In this document: positions 17,859-26,477 of the stretch, in pieces
Layout of the letters: each line of letters starts with the position of its first letter
How positions within the stretch are numbered: the first letter of the stretch is position 1
UHGV virus genome: UHGV-0113213
Reading direction: 5' to 3' (one strand)
DNA: 52,407 bases
Source: a virus
Position numbers and translations under genes: made by a program
Notes under the pieces: generated by a model
Told to the model about the DNA's origin: nothing
Seen by the model: only the letters and a program-made list of their open reading frames with translations
The model's database searches: none

Positions 17859-19145
17859 TTATGCGAAATAGTTGTTAATGTCAGGGGTGGCAGGTTTATT
17901 TCCACCAGCGGCTGAGTTTGCTGCCATTGGTGCTGCTTTACCCAGGGATTTAAACATTGCGTCTAACGCTTCACCACTTAATGCGTTAGCAACAATTTCG
18001 CCGTGTACTTTTGCTACTGCGGCGCGTTTTTCTGCTTCTTCTTTATTTGCGTTTGCTGCGATCTCTTCTTTAATCGCTTTCTGATTGGTCTGTAATTCTT
18101 CAACGCTTGCCTGTACTGGTTTTAATGCCTCTGCTACTGCATTAGCGATATTGGCGGATAAGCCTTCGTTAATTTCTTTTACCAGTTCGGCGCGTTCTTC
18201 TTTGGTCAAAGGCATGGGATCGTCCTCCGATTTATTGGCCTTAATTTTTTCATTCAGGGAGAAAAGATTAGAAAGGTGTTCAGCGAACTGCGTAAACCAG
18301 GATTTACTTTCCTCGTTGGTTGCAAGCTCGCCATTATTGAGAATAATTTTATCAGCCTGTTTTTCATATGCGCAAACTTGAGCACTTTCTGTATTAGTGG
18401 CGATCGTCACTTCTTTATCAGTGAAGTCCACCACATACACGTAATCGGCATCAGGAAATAATTCACGCGCCGCGTCGGTTAATTGTTTCTCAAGCGTACG
18501 GTAACTGTTTTCTTTCATTGCCACCGCCATTAACGGTTTCGCCTGGTCAGTATTAACCATCAACCCTACACCCTGTTCAGGTGATGCGGCTGGCGGCTCA
18601 TGCAGCAAAATAGCGTCATGGTCGATCGACATAATTTTTACTACATGGTCAGCGCCCTGGGCTTTCATCTCTTCAGTAGCTGGCATACGCTGACGATATA
18701 CAGCGACGGACGACCAGATAGGATCTTTGCTTTCTCCTTTCTCCAGTGCTTCCAGTCGGGTTAATAATTCACGCCCCTGTTCTGAATGGCTGGCTGTTTC
18801 AATATCCACCCATTTTTCCACATAAACACGATTGCCGCGTAATTCAACGTTTCTGTTCCACGCTCCACAAAACCCGGTGTTCAATCCTTCCGGGCTAAAT
18901 GCGGAAACAAATTTACCGTCAACGGTAGGATGACCCAGCGGGGCGAGTGTCCCCTCCAGTGACTGGTAATTAGCGATAATTTCAGCTTCCGGGTAATATT
19001 CACGATTCATAACGATATTGAATGGCAGCGTATATGATGGCACAACAATGTGCTCGCGTCCGTTATAAGTTTCCCGGCGTATGGTATTAGCGGTTAATTT
19101 GGTATTAACCTGAATCAGTTCTTTACTCACGGTTTTTACTCCCAA
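17859..19145 (-). CDS. Head scaffold / maturation protease candidate (DUF2213-like), 428 aa
   Basis: Position between head morphogenesis and decoration genes; C-terminal coiled-coil, Ala/Glu/Lys-rich. Confidence 0.5.
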   Translation of the reverse strand: MGVKTVSKELIQVNTKLTANTIRRETYNGREHIVVPSYTLPFNIVMNREYYPEAEIIANYQSLEGTLAPLGHPTVDGKFVSAFSPEGLNTGFCGAWNRNVELRGNRVYVEKWVDIETASHSEQGRELLTRLEALEKGESKDPIWSSVAVYRQRMPATEEMKAQGADHVVKIMSIDHDAILLHEPPAASPEQGVGLMVNTDQAKPLMAVAMKENSYRTLEKQLTDAARELFPDADYVYVVDFTDKEVTIATNTESAQVCAYEKQADKIILNNGELATNEESKSWFTQFAEHLSNLFSLNEKIKANKSEDDPMPLTKEERAELVKEINEGLSANIANAVAEALKPVQASVEELQTNQKAIKEEIAANANKEEAEKRAAVAKVHGEIVANALSGEALDAMFKSLGKAAPMAANSAAGGNKPATPDINNYFA

Positions 19146-20077
19146 TCTTCGCCATATTTAGCGTGCGCAACTTTATAGTTTTCTTGCGCCCGATCTAATA
19201 TTCGTTCGTTTAATATGTTACCGTCTTCGTCAACTAATACGGTAATCGTGCTACATTTGCAGTTAATTGAATTAGGGGATCTACTCCACCATTCGCGCTG
19301 CTCATCTATGGTGTATGTTTTACCGTGCCGCTGCGCGTGCGATAGCCTGGTAGTCGGTGATAATGCCGAAATGTGCATTTGCATAGTGCGCAGATTAAAT
19401 TCTTCTGTCGCCGCTTCTGCCTCATCCATACGCGCTGTGCGTAACGCTGTGCATATTTCAGTTCGAGCAATACGTTTACACCTGTATAGCGGTAATTGCG
19501 TCTCCTGATTCAATGTGCGCGCTATTTCCAGTGGGTTTAAACCACGGGCCATGCCTTCAGTTAATCGCCGGGCCATATCCTTTTTGATCTGTGCGGTCAG
19601 CCCGCGCATTTCCTCAAATACACGGGTACGGACCAGAGCAAGGCGTGTTCGGTAAGTTGTACTGGATAACACGGCAGATACATCGGGATAAACGCTTGAG
19701 TACGTGACAGACTGGTTAGCAAGGTTGGCGTATTCCTGTGCCGTGCCTCGCAGATACGCGACCTTCACGTATTCCTGCCAGAACCAAAAACTTTCCGGGT
19801 CGGTTAGCTCGAATATCTCATCAATCATGTCGCTGGCGTCCTCCAGCATGTCGTGCAATTCATCCATGTAAATCTGGAAGGTATATTTCTTATTAACAGC
19901 CAGGCTATATTGTATTTTGTCCAGTATGGCGATATATGGATCGGCTACTTTTTTCAGGCAGGATTTGAAACGCTTAATAGCGCCAGACCTCAACCTCCCT
20001 GTCATGGTCGGGTCTTCGGTGTTAGATGGCATTATCGCGGCTGGAGGTATTCGCCTGATTATTTTCTTCACCTTCAT
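19136..20077 (-). CDS. Head morphogenesis protein (SPP1 gp7 / Mu F-like minor head protein)
   Basis: 313 aa directly downstream of portal; start codon uncertain (alternatives at 20032, 20005). Confidence 0.6.
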   Translation of the reverse strand: MKVKKIIRRIPPAAIMPSNTEDPTMTGRLRSGAIKRFKSCLKKVADPYIAILDKIQYSLAVNKKYTFQIYMDELHDMLEDASDMIDEIFELTDPESFWFWQEYVKVAYLRGTAQEYANLANQSVTYSSVYPDVSAVLSSTTYRTRLALVRTRVFEEMRGLTAQIKKDMARRLTEGMARGLNPLEIARTLNQETQLPLYRCKRIARTEICTALRTARMDEAEAATEEFNLRTMQMHISALSPTTRLSHAQRHGKTYTIDEQREWWSRSPNSINCKCSTITVLVDEDGNILNERILDRAQENYKVAHAKYGEDWE

Positions 20078-21395
20078 TGTCGTTTTCCTCGTCGTCCAGT
20101 TCTACTTCCTGCGTTGGCCCTTCATACCCGGCAGCCTCGCGGATCTCGTCACCGTCGAATACTTGTTCACCTGTGGCGAGACATGCCTGATTGATTTGCG
20201 CCATTTTGTATGCCGCGTCGAGTAGCTCGGCTTTCGTCATGGCGTTAAGGTCGTCCCACAGTACCGACACGTCGACTGGCATACTGATAAGGCGGAGATC
20301 TGCCATCTTGCGGAATAGTTCCTCAAGCTCGCCTCCTATTTCCTCCCGGCGGGTCATACAGCGGTTATTGAAGTAGCGGAGGTCTTCGGTTGATGCACGC
20401 TCACCCTGCTGATTCCCAACCAGGATACGCGTTGGAATGTCGATACCAGCGGCGGCGGTTTGCAGGTTGACGTCATAGGTAGCTGATGGATCCGCCACGG
20501 CAGTAACCAGCGGGCTAACGGTAGCTCCCTGTAATGCCATCATCACATCATTCCCTTTGTTTATATCCTCTGCCGCTTCATTGAATTTTTCGCGCAGCTC
20601 TGTAACGTCGCAACCGTATGTCGCAGCCAGGGAACGGAAATCAATCTCTTTGTCGAATGAGATAGCTAGTTGACGCGCTGCGTTTTTCAGAAAGGATTCA
20701 CCGCTACCGCCTTCCACTTTCTCCAGCGATACAAAAGCGTTATAGGACGGCTCAAGGAAAGCGATGGCATCATCAGAATAATCACCGAAGATAAATATGC
20801 GATCTGGATGTATCTTTCTTGCTATGGTCTTACTGTTAATGCGCTCCTTGTATTCCCACCATGTCGGCAGGCCATAGCTTTCACTTTCCGGATCTTCTTC
20901 GAAGTCCTTCGGTGTAAGAGCACCAGCCCATACAGGGGTAAATTTGGCAATGCCTACACCTTTCGTCACTGGCTGATCCCACGGCTGGTTATCCCTGACG
21001 TGAATTAACAGGCCAGCATAACGACCAATGAGGCGGCGGCGATCGCATTCAGCTATGACGCGCCAGAAACGATTATCAAATCGTTTTTTGATTTCTCTTT
21101 CCCACGGCGTTTCCTTTTTTGCTTTCTCGTCTTCCGTACCTTCGATCAGCGTTGGCCTGGTGCGCCAGCACGTAGTGATGATCTTCTCAATAGCACCGTG
21201 AGCGATACCACCGCGACGATACAGTTTGTATAAATCGGCATAGGTGATTTCTTCTTTGAATCCGTATTCACTCCACGCAGCATCACGCTTTGCATCAATA
21301 CCCATTGAGAAAGGATGCGCGGCGGCATAGCGTGCAAAGGCCGCCTGACGTTGTGACAAGGCAGCATTAACCGCCAATTCTAAATTGGATGGCAT
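20022..21395 (-). CDS. Portal protein
   Basis: ~457 aa downstream of TerL; start moved to ATG at 21393-21395 (AGGAG RBS 7 nt upstream). Confidence 0.75.
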   Translation of the reverse strand: MPSNLELAVNAALSQRQAAFARYAAAHPFSMGIDAKRDAAWSEYGFKEEITYADLYKLYRRGGIAHGAIEKIITTCWRTRPTLIEGTEDEKAKKETPWEREIKKRFDNRFWRVIAECDRRRLIGRYAGLLIHVRDNQPWDQPVTKGVGIAKFTPVWAGALTPKDFEEDPESESYGLPTWWEYKERINSKTIARKIHPDRIFIFGDYSDDAIAFLEPSYNAFVSLEKVEGGSGESFLKNAARQLAISFDKEIDFRSLAATYGCDVTELREKFNEAAEDINKGNDVMMALQGATVSPLVTAVADPSATYDVNLQTAAAGIDIPTRILVGNQQGERASTEDLRYFNNRCMTRREEIGGELEELFRKMADLRLISMPVDVSVLWDDLNAMTKAELLDAAYKMAQINQACLATGEQVFDGDEIREAAGYEGPTQEVELDDEENDNEGEENNQANTSSRDNAI

Positions 21396-21417
21396 AATGT
21401 TTACTCCTGAATGCATG

Positions 21418-21445
21418 TTTACGCGTTGCTACGCGAAAAATAGAA
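21418..21445. repeat. TACGCG direct-repeat element TTTACGCGTTGCTACGCGAAAAATA (copy 2)
   Basis: Near-identical to 9151-9178; between TerL stop and portal start. Confidence 0.6.
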
Positions 21446-21473
21446 AAATTCGTGATGGATTGTGAGATGTTTT

Positions 21474-22988
21474 TTAAAATCCGCGCAGGCGCTTAGGTAA
21501 CATAAGGCCCATTGCCTGTGGCTGGCTTAATTCAGTGATACCCCACACCATAGCGTCGAGGCGGTCAGGTGATTTTTTAGCGGTAGCTGGCACGTATTCC
21601 ATCATTTGATTTTCCAGCGTGTACAGGCTGCCTGTGTGGGCCACCCTTCCTTGTGCATACAGTGCCGATATTGGCTCGGCGCGGGCGAATTTACCCTTGC
21701 TTGCGTGCACCTTAACAATGCGGCCTTTGAATCCGGCGTTACGTAGCGTGGCCTCTGCCATATCACCACCCTGGTTGGTTTCGATAACCATCGCGTCAGC
21801 TTCATGGATGTTGTAGGCGTTCATTGCTGCTTGCGCCCAGTCATTAGGTGACATGCGTCCTGAGTAGTCACCGTCTACTGAATACTGAGCATTCTTGCCA
21901 CCACCATAAGCGGAACAGGCTACAATCCCTGTTTCGTCTGACTCATCAGATGATGTTGTCGCCGGGTCGATGGCTATCACCGTGCGAATTTTCTCCTGCG
22001 TTATCTGCATCCTGTGCGCGGCGGTTATCATCGCTTCAGTCCACAATGCGCCCTCTTGATCGAACTTGCGCGGACACTGCATATATTGAGCTTCGAATGT
22101 TCGGCGATGTGATTTAAGAGTTGATTCATCTTTATCACTATGCTTATGCAACCATAGCCAGCCATCCGGCAGGTTGTGAGGAACAGGAATAGCAAATTTG
22201 TTTTCCGGGTACAGATCCCAATAGTCAAGACTGTTGTCGATCTTCACTGGCAGGCAAAGGTGATGCCATTTCTCACCACTACCGCCACGTAACAGGTAGC
22301 CGGATAAATCATCGTAGTGGATACGCTGCATGATGACGATCACTGGCGTTGTTTGCACAGCCAGGCGCGAAGAAAGCGTGTCGTTGTAATTGGTATTAAC
22401 CTGCTTTCGCACCACATCAGAATAAGCGTCAGCTGGTTTCAGGGGGTCATCAATAATCATTGCGCCGTTAAACCCAGGTTCCATGTACCCGGCGCGGAAC
22501 CCTGTCACCTGTCCAAGCGATGACGTCGCATACACGCCGCCACCCTGAGTGGTCCACCACAGGTTTTTCGCGTTCGAATCGTTGCGCATTTGCATAGGCC
22601 ACAATTCCTGATATTGCGGCATCGTGATTATGTTTCTTGTCTCTGAGGAATTAAGCAAGGCGAGTCCGTGTGAATACGATACATGCAGGAATCTGGTGCG
22701 GGGTTCTATTGCGAGGCAGCGGGCCATCATGTGAATTGTGGCAATCATTGTTTTGCCATAGCCCGGTGGGATGTTGATTATCAACCTGGTGATTTCACCA
22801 TTAATAACTCGTTGTAGCGTATCGGCAATTATTCTGTGATGACGCCCAACCAAAAAGTCCTTGCCAACCTGTTGCTTATAAAAGTAGGAACTAAAAAACA
22901 AAGGTGCTGATATGTCTTTGGGGGCACAACCTTTAACACACAACCCCCTTAGAACCTCTCTGTCAATCTTTGTCGTCGCAGTCTCCAT
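21474..22988 (-). CDS. terL: Terminase large subunit
   Basis: 504 aa; Walker A-like PPGYGKT; C-terminal nuclease-type acidic motifs; position before portal. Confidence 0.9.
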   Translation of the reverse strand: METATTKIDREVLRGLCVKGCAPKDISAPLFFSSYFYKQQVGKDFLVGRHHRIIADTLQRVINGEITRLIINIPPGYGKTMIATIHMMARCLAIEPRTRFLHVSYSHGLALLNSSETRNIITMPQYQELWPMQMRNDSNAKNLWWTTQGGGVYATSSLGQVTGFRAGYMEPGFNGAMIIDDPLKPADAYSDVVRKQVNTNYNDTLSSRLAVQTTPVIVIMQRIHYDDLSGYLLRGGSGEKWHHLCLPVKIDNSLDYWDLYPENKFAIPVPHNLPDGWLWLHKHSDKDESTLKSHRRTFEAQYMQCPRKFDQEGALWTEAMITAAHRMQITQEKIRTVIAIDPATTSSDESDETGIVACSAYGGGKNAQYSVDGDYSGRMSPNDWAQAAMNAYNIHEADAMVIETNQGGDMAEATLRNAGFKGRIVKVHASKGKFARAEPISALYAQGRVAHTGSLYTLENQMMEYVPATAKKSPDRLDAMVWGITELSQPQAMGLMLPKRLRGF

Positions 22989-23478
22989 GAGTATTGTACT
23001 CCTTATTCAGGTTATCGATTATCTCAAGGACAGTAGTCTGATTTACTTCTACCTGGACGGGCGCTTCTTCCCTGTTACCTACGATCTCCTGCGTGACGCG
23101 CTCACCATATTTACGCGGTTGCAGTTTTGCCAGTAACCATTTACGAGTTTCAATCATCAGTTGATGGCGGCGGCATTGGTCTTTATCGGTGTTCTCCGCT
23201 GCGTCTGCTATGTCGATAATCTCATCAGCCAATATCTCAAAACCGATCTCCTTCGCGCGCATGTACATGTCCGAGAACTCCGGCACGTCTCTGAACCATT
23301 TAAGGATTGTTGAACGCGCAGGCATATCAGGCATCTTCGAAATTTTGTTAATACTCTGACCGTCCGCCACCAGCTCACAGATTTCTAATGCCTTTTCTTC
23401 GGTATAACCATGCGGACGGCCCGTCTTTTTGGCTGCTGGCTTTTTATCGTCAGCATTTGCCTTTTTAGTGCGGGCCAT
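22963..23478 (-). CDS. terS: Terminase small subunit
   Basis: 171 aa, N-terminal basic region and HTH-like segment, overlaps TerL start. Confidence 0.7.
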   Translation of the reverse strand: MARTKKANADDKKPAAKKTGRPHGYTEEKALEICELVADGQSINKISKMPDMPARSTILKWFRDVPEFSDMYMRAKEIGFEILADEIIDIADAAENTDKDQCRRHQLMIETRKWLLAKLQPRKYGERVTQEIVGNREEAPVQVEVNQTTVLEIIDNLNKEYNTHGDCDDKD

Positions 23479-23488
23479 AATTCACCTC

Positions 23489-23632
23489 TTAATCATCTTT
23501 ACCAAATCTTAATTTAAATTCATTCATCATCTTTTCTACTTCCTGTTCGGAAAGATAGATGGTTTCATTATTTTCTGCTGAATCAAGTGCCTTTCTTATT
23601 TCATCTGCTATTTTTAGTTCTTCATCGTTCAT
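23489..23632 (-). CDS. Small acidic protein (47 aa) MNDEELKIADEIRKALDSAENNETIYLSEQEVEKMMNEFKLRFGKDD
   Basis: ATG with GAGGTG RBS; last gene before terS; soluble acidic. Confidence 0.5.
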   Translation of the reverse strand: MNDEELKIADEIRKALDSAENNETIYLSEQEVEKMMNEFKLRFGKDD

Positions 23633-23643
23633 ATCGTCACCTC

Positions 23644-23727
23644 TTAATATTTGTTGATGATATATACGCAAGCCACAAAACTTGCGCAATATGTTAATAC
23701 TTCCAACCAGTCGAATAGCTCTTTCAT
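23644..23727 (-). CDS. Mini-gene, 27-aa hydrophobic peptide MKELFDWLEVLTYCASFVACVYIINKY
   Basis: ATG overlaps upstream stop (ATGA); hydrophobic helix. Confidence 0.45.
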   Translation of the reverse strand: MKELFDWLEVLTYCASFVACVYIINKY

Positions 23728-23867
23728 TGTTGCCCCTTGAATATATGCTTCGCTTCTCTGTAAATTAGCGCACCAGTCATTACAATCGCGTATACGCATA
23801 ACATTAACGCGACGATAAGCACGCCAGAACAAAGCAAAAACATCAGTAGATCGATAAATTCAAACAT
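23724..23867 (-). CDS. Mini-gene, 47-aa membrane peptide MFEFIDLLMFLLCSGVLIVALMLCVYAIVMTGALIYREAKHIFKGQQ
   Basis: ATG 8 nt after upstream stop (GGTGAG RBS); two hydrophobic stretches. Confidence 0.45.
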   Translation of the reverse strand: MFEFIDLLMFLLCSGVLIVALMLCVYAIVMTGALIYREAKHIFKGQQ

Positions 23868-23875
23868 AATATTTC

Positions 23876-23944
23876 TCACCAGGAGAAAACAATAACAACC
23901 AACAGTGCGCTTATAGCTATAATTAAGAAATCACTATCAGACAT
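23876..23944 (-). CDS. Mini-gene, 22-aa single-TM peptide MSDSDFLIIAISALLVVIVFSW
   Basis: Start overlaps upstream gene by ATGTCTGA. Confidence 0.45.
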   Translation of the reverse strand: MSDSDFLIIAISALLVVIVFSW

Positions 23945-24011
23945 TGATAATTACCAAGATAATAAATAACGCAACTGTACACACGATCAACATAATATCA
24001 ATAGCGTTCAT
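23937..24011 (-). CDS. Mini-gene, 24-aa single-TM peptide MNAIDIMLIVCTVALFIILVIINV
   Basis: GTGAG RBS then ATG 8 nt after upstream stop. Confidence 0.45.
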   Translation of the reverse strand: MNAIDIMLIVCTVALFIILVIINV

Positions 24012-24019
24012 TCGCTCAC

Positions 24020-24088
24020 CTACTGAGTCAGTGCTGTCATGGTAAGAACAATCGCGACAATCAGGAAAAAGAAATCAAGCCATTTCAT
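24020..24088 (-). CDS. Mini-gene, 22-aa single-TM peptide MKWLDFFFLIVAIVLTMTALTQ
   Basis: AGGAG RBS in 15-nt spacer. Confidence 0.45.
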   Translation of the reverse strand: MKWLDFFFLIVAIVLTMTALTQ

Positions 24089-24103
24089 TTTAACTCCTGA
24101 GAT

Positions 24104-24175
24104 TCAGTTAACACTTAAAAGCACCGCAACGATGACAATCACTATAATCATGCAAAAGAAGTCTGCTTCTCTCAT
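24104..24175 (-). CDS. Mini-gene, 23-aa single-TM peptide MREADFFCMIIVIVIVAVLLSVN
   Basis: ATGA overlap with upstream stop. Confidence 0.45.
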   Translation of the reverse strand: MREADFFCMIIVIVIVAVLLSVN

Positions 24176-24252
24176 CTTTTTAGCCCTCGATAAAAATCAA
24201 CAGCAATGACTACAACTACAGCCACCAGCAATAGCATTTCGTATGCGTTCAT
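24172..24252 (-). CDS. Mini-gene, 26-aa single-TM peptide MNAYEMLLLVAVVVVIAVDFYRGLKR
   Basis: ATGA overlap with upstream stop. Confidence 0.45.
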   Translation of the reverse strand: MNAYEMLLLVAVVVVIAVDFYRGLKR

Positions 24253-24347
24253 TTGATGCTACCCATAACAAGGCCGATGATAATAATTATGGCGACAATG
24301 CCTAACATCATTCCGAACATAATCGCCATCAGTTCGAATATATCCAT
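24249..24347 (-). CDS. Mini-gene, 32-aa single-TM peptide MDIFELMAIMFGMMLGIVAIIIIIGLVMGSIK
   Basis: ATG 3 nt after upstream stop. Confidence 0.45.
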   Translation of the reverse strand: MDIFELMAIMFGMMLGIVAIIIIIGLVMGSIK

Positions 24348-24350
24348 GCT

Positions 24351-24425
24351 TCAGCTTTCAATGAATATCATGATCGCCAGCCATACGGCGACGCATAAGG
24401 AAAGGATGATTAGCGGGTCAATCAT
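24351..24425 (-). CDS. Mini-gene, 24-aa single-TM peptide MIDPLIILSLCVAVWLAIMIFIES
   Basis: GGTGGGG RBS, ATG 4 nt after upstream stop. Confidence 0.45.
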   Translation of the reverse strand: MIDPLIILSLCVAVWLAIMIFIES

Positions 24426-24429
24426 ATTT

Positions 24430-24540
24430 TCACCCCACCAAATACTTGATATATACGTTTATCAGCGCAACTATAATAGAACCAGCAAGAAACACAGAAA
24501 CGCCGATTAATACGGCAATGATGTAAGCGGCCATAATCAT
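24430..24540 (-). CDS. Mini-gene, 36-aa membrane peptide MIMAAYIIAVLIGVSVFLAGSIIVALINVYIKYLVG
   Basis: TAATG overlap with upstream stop. Confidence 0.45.
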   Translation of the reverse strand: MIMAAYIIAVLIGVSVFLAGSIIVALINVYIKYLVG

Positions 24541-24602
24541 TACTTCCACAACAAAAACAATATTACAGCCGCCGCCATTCCGATAAATAAATAAGCGTCC
24601 AT
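24540..24602 (-). CDS. Mini-gene, 20-aa single-TM peptide MDAYLFIGMAAAVILFLLWK (first of array)
   Basis: ATG 2 nt after stop of HExxH gene, GAGG RBS inside that gene. Confidence 0.45.
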   Translation of the reverse strand: MDAYLFIGMAAAVILFLLWK

Positions 24603-24604
24603 AA

Positions 24605-25189
24605 TCAGCCTCGTTTAAAGCTCATTACACGCGGTACAAGCGCCTCTTTTGCTTTAGGCTTACGTTTGCCTTTCTTGGCTGGTTTTTTCTCTTCTTTCGG
24701 CTCCTCTGCCTGCTCTACTGCCTGTTCTGCTGCATCAGTCGCCTTTTCCGCCTGCTCCAATGCCTGCTCAACGACTTCAGCGGCCTGCATAGCTGCCAAC
24801 TGTGCTTCGTTAGATTCAGCCAGGATCGGGAAGAATGCATCAAAGATGCGGCCCACCATGTAAGCATATGTCTCGTTTGCCGGATGGCTTGGTTCTGTAG
24901 TCGCTACGACACCGACATCACTTAAAACGTGGAATGTAGTGTGAGCCGCTTCATGTACCAGCGTACCAAGCTCATTATCGAATACTGCGATCACGTAGAA
25001 GTTACCGCCTTTCTCGCCAGTGCAAGTAAGTGTTAAACCTCCTGCCAGTTCAAAATCAGGTTCGATTGGGATCCCTGCCTTTTCGCAAAATTCATAGAAC
25101 ATGTCACGAGTCGGGCAGAAGAAAACTGTTGTATGCTCGAAGAGCGGGACTTTGAATTGAGGCAACTTAATGCCTTTACCCTTAGCCAT
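24605..25189 (-). CDS. HExxH-motif protein (194 aa) with Lys/Ala/Glu-rich C-terminal tail; putative minimal zinc metallopeptidase-like protein
   Basis: Motif TLVHEAAHTTFHV; low-complexity repeat AEQAVEQAEEPKEEKKPAKKGKRKPKAK; directly precedes mini-gene array. Confidence 0.55.
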   Translation of the reverse strand: MAKGKGIKLPQFKVPLFEHTTVFFCPTRDMFYEFCEKAGIPIEPDFELAGGLTLTCTGEKGGNFYVIAVFDNELGTLVHEAAHTTFHVLSDVGVVATTEPSHPANETYAYMVGRIFDAFFPILAESNEAQLAAMQAAEVVEQALEQAEKATDAAEQAVEQAEEPKEEKKPAKKGKRKPKAKEALVPRVMSFKRG

Positions 25190-25526
25190 CAGAATATTCC
25201 TCTATCCTGAAAAATATAACCCCCGCAAAACTGGACACCGCAGGGAGTGAAAACAGATATAAAACACTGAAAACGGCGCTTAGTGAGTACCGTTTGCAGA
25301 ATTTTATAAAACTGGACCTGCTTAACATCTCTGATAAACAGATCCGGGCGCTCGTCCTACGCGTGGCAGGTGAGTAAATGGCGCTTTCTTCTACCCAGGT
25401 AGCGCCGTACCTGTTAATGAGGTTGTTTACCCGGTATTACGTGTTTTTGAATTTCCGCCGTCGCTCGCGGGAAGGATTGACCCGGTTATGGCTGGCTGGC
25501 AGAAACGGCGACACGTCCACGAGCTG

Positions 25527-26015
25527 TTATTCTTTACGCAAGCACTGCGTTTTGATGTAGTCCTGTAGGCCAGTGATCTGTGCGTCTTTTATTTTTAGTT
25601 GTTCTCTGAGGGATAGATAAGCCGATTTAGCGTCGGCAGTAGGTTCGCAGGTGGCTCCATCAATGCGGCTGGAGGTTCCGGTATTACTGTCTGTTCGCAT
25701 TGGCACGGCGTTGACGCGCAACCGGATAGTACCGTTATCAATGCCAGTGCGCAGATCGGCAATGTCAGATCTGATAGCTTTAATCTCATCGTGATACCTC
25801 TTATCAAGTTTTGACAGTTCGGCGTTTCGCTCCTTCATCTGCTGAATAGTGTTACTTGCTGTCTTCAGTGCGCCTTTCGTCACCGTGACTTCTTCCTGTA
25901 ACCTTGTCGCCTCACCCTGGTAATAACACGTTACGGCGGTTAGTCCGGCAATAATGCAAACAACAGCGGCGATAATTAACGCCTTCACCTTGTCCACGTT
26001 TCCCCCCATTCGCAA
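25527..26015 (-). CDS. Rz: Rz-like i-spanin
   Basis: N-terminal TM helix, coiled-coil periplasmic domain, C-terminal Cys; contains embedded Rz1 in +1 frame; overlaps endolysin end. Confidence 0.8.
   Translation of the reverse strand: MRMGGNVDKVKALIIAAVVCIIAGLTAVTCYYQGEATRLQEEVTVTKGALKTASNTIQQMKERNAELSKLDKRYHDEIKAIRSDIADLRTGIDNGTIRLRVNAVPMRTDSNTGTSSRIDGATCEPTADAKSAYLSLREQLKIKDAQITGLQDYIKTQCLRKE
25595..25789 (-). CDS. Rz1: Rz1-like o-spanin lipoprotein embedded within Rz
   Basis: [24 protein letters not shown] lipobox followed by Pro-rich short mature peptide; embedded in Rz reading frame +1. Confidence 0.8.
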   Translation of the reverse strand: MRLKLSDLTLPICALALITVLSGCASTPCQCEQTVIPEPPAALMEPPANLLPTLNRLIYPSENN

Positions 26016-26476
26016 ACGGCATATTCAACATCTCGGCGGTTTACCAGGCCTTGCCACTTCTTACCACCAGCGTATACCCAGCGTTTAAGCTGTGCGCACG
26101 CCTCTGATTTCTTACCGTCATTGAGTAGCTTTAATAAGGTTGATGTTTTGAAGTTGGTTGCGCCTACGTTATAGGCGAATGAATAAAGCGCAGCGCGGGT
26201 AAAATCTGATATTTCGACTTTGATATATGGGTTAATCGCTTTTGCGGTTTTGTGGAGATCTTTGTTTAACAAAGTATCGCATTCTGATTGCGTGTAAGTC
26301 TTACCAAGCATGATGTCTTTTCCGGTGTGACCATAGCAAACAGTCCATACACCGATAACATCACGATAAGGATCGTACTCCACGCCCTCTAATGGTTTAA
26401 CCATCACAGCCGCAATAGCGATCGCCCCACCAGCCGCCGCAGCAATAATTTTATTCTTCAGCGATTGGCTAATCAT
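25985..26476 (-). CDS. SAR endolysin (T4-type lysozyme fold, GH24-like)
   Basis: N-terminal signal-arrest-release segment [17 protein letters not shown] then E...D...T catalytic pattern ([23 protein letters not shown]); start at ATG 26474-26476 one nt after holin stop. Confidence 0.85.
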   Translation of the reverse strand: MISQSLKNKIIAAAAGGAIAIAAVMVKPLEGVEYDPYRDVIGVWTVCYGHTGKDIMLGKTYTQSECDTLLNKDLHKTAKAINPYIKVEISDFTRAALYSFAYNVGATNFKTSTLLKLLNDGKKSEACAQLKRWVYAGGKKWQGLVNRRDVEYAVCEWGETWTR

Positions 26477-26477
26477 G

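Noticed and set aside
22912-23136. Plus-strand 74-aa ORF overlapping the terS/terL junction
   Set aside because: Antisense to both terminase genes; no RBS; regarded as spurious
24253-24510. Plus-strand 85-aa ORF across the mini-gene array
   Set aside because: No RBS and low-complexity Ile/Asn-rich translation; the minus-strand mini-genes show consistent start-stop coupling and RBS, so the plus ORF is taken as an AT-rich artefact
23700-24600. Possibility that the repetitive region is a CRISPR array or cos/pac noncoding repeat
   Set aside because: No regularly spaced identical direct repeats; the periodicity is that of coupled short ORFs with individual start and stop codons
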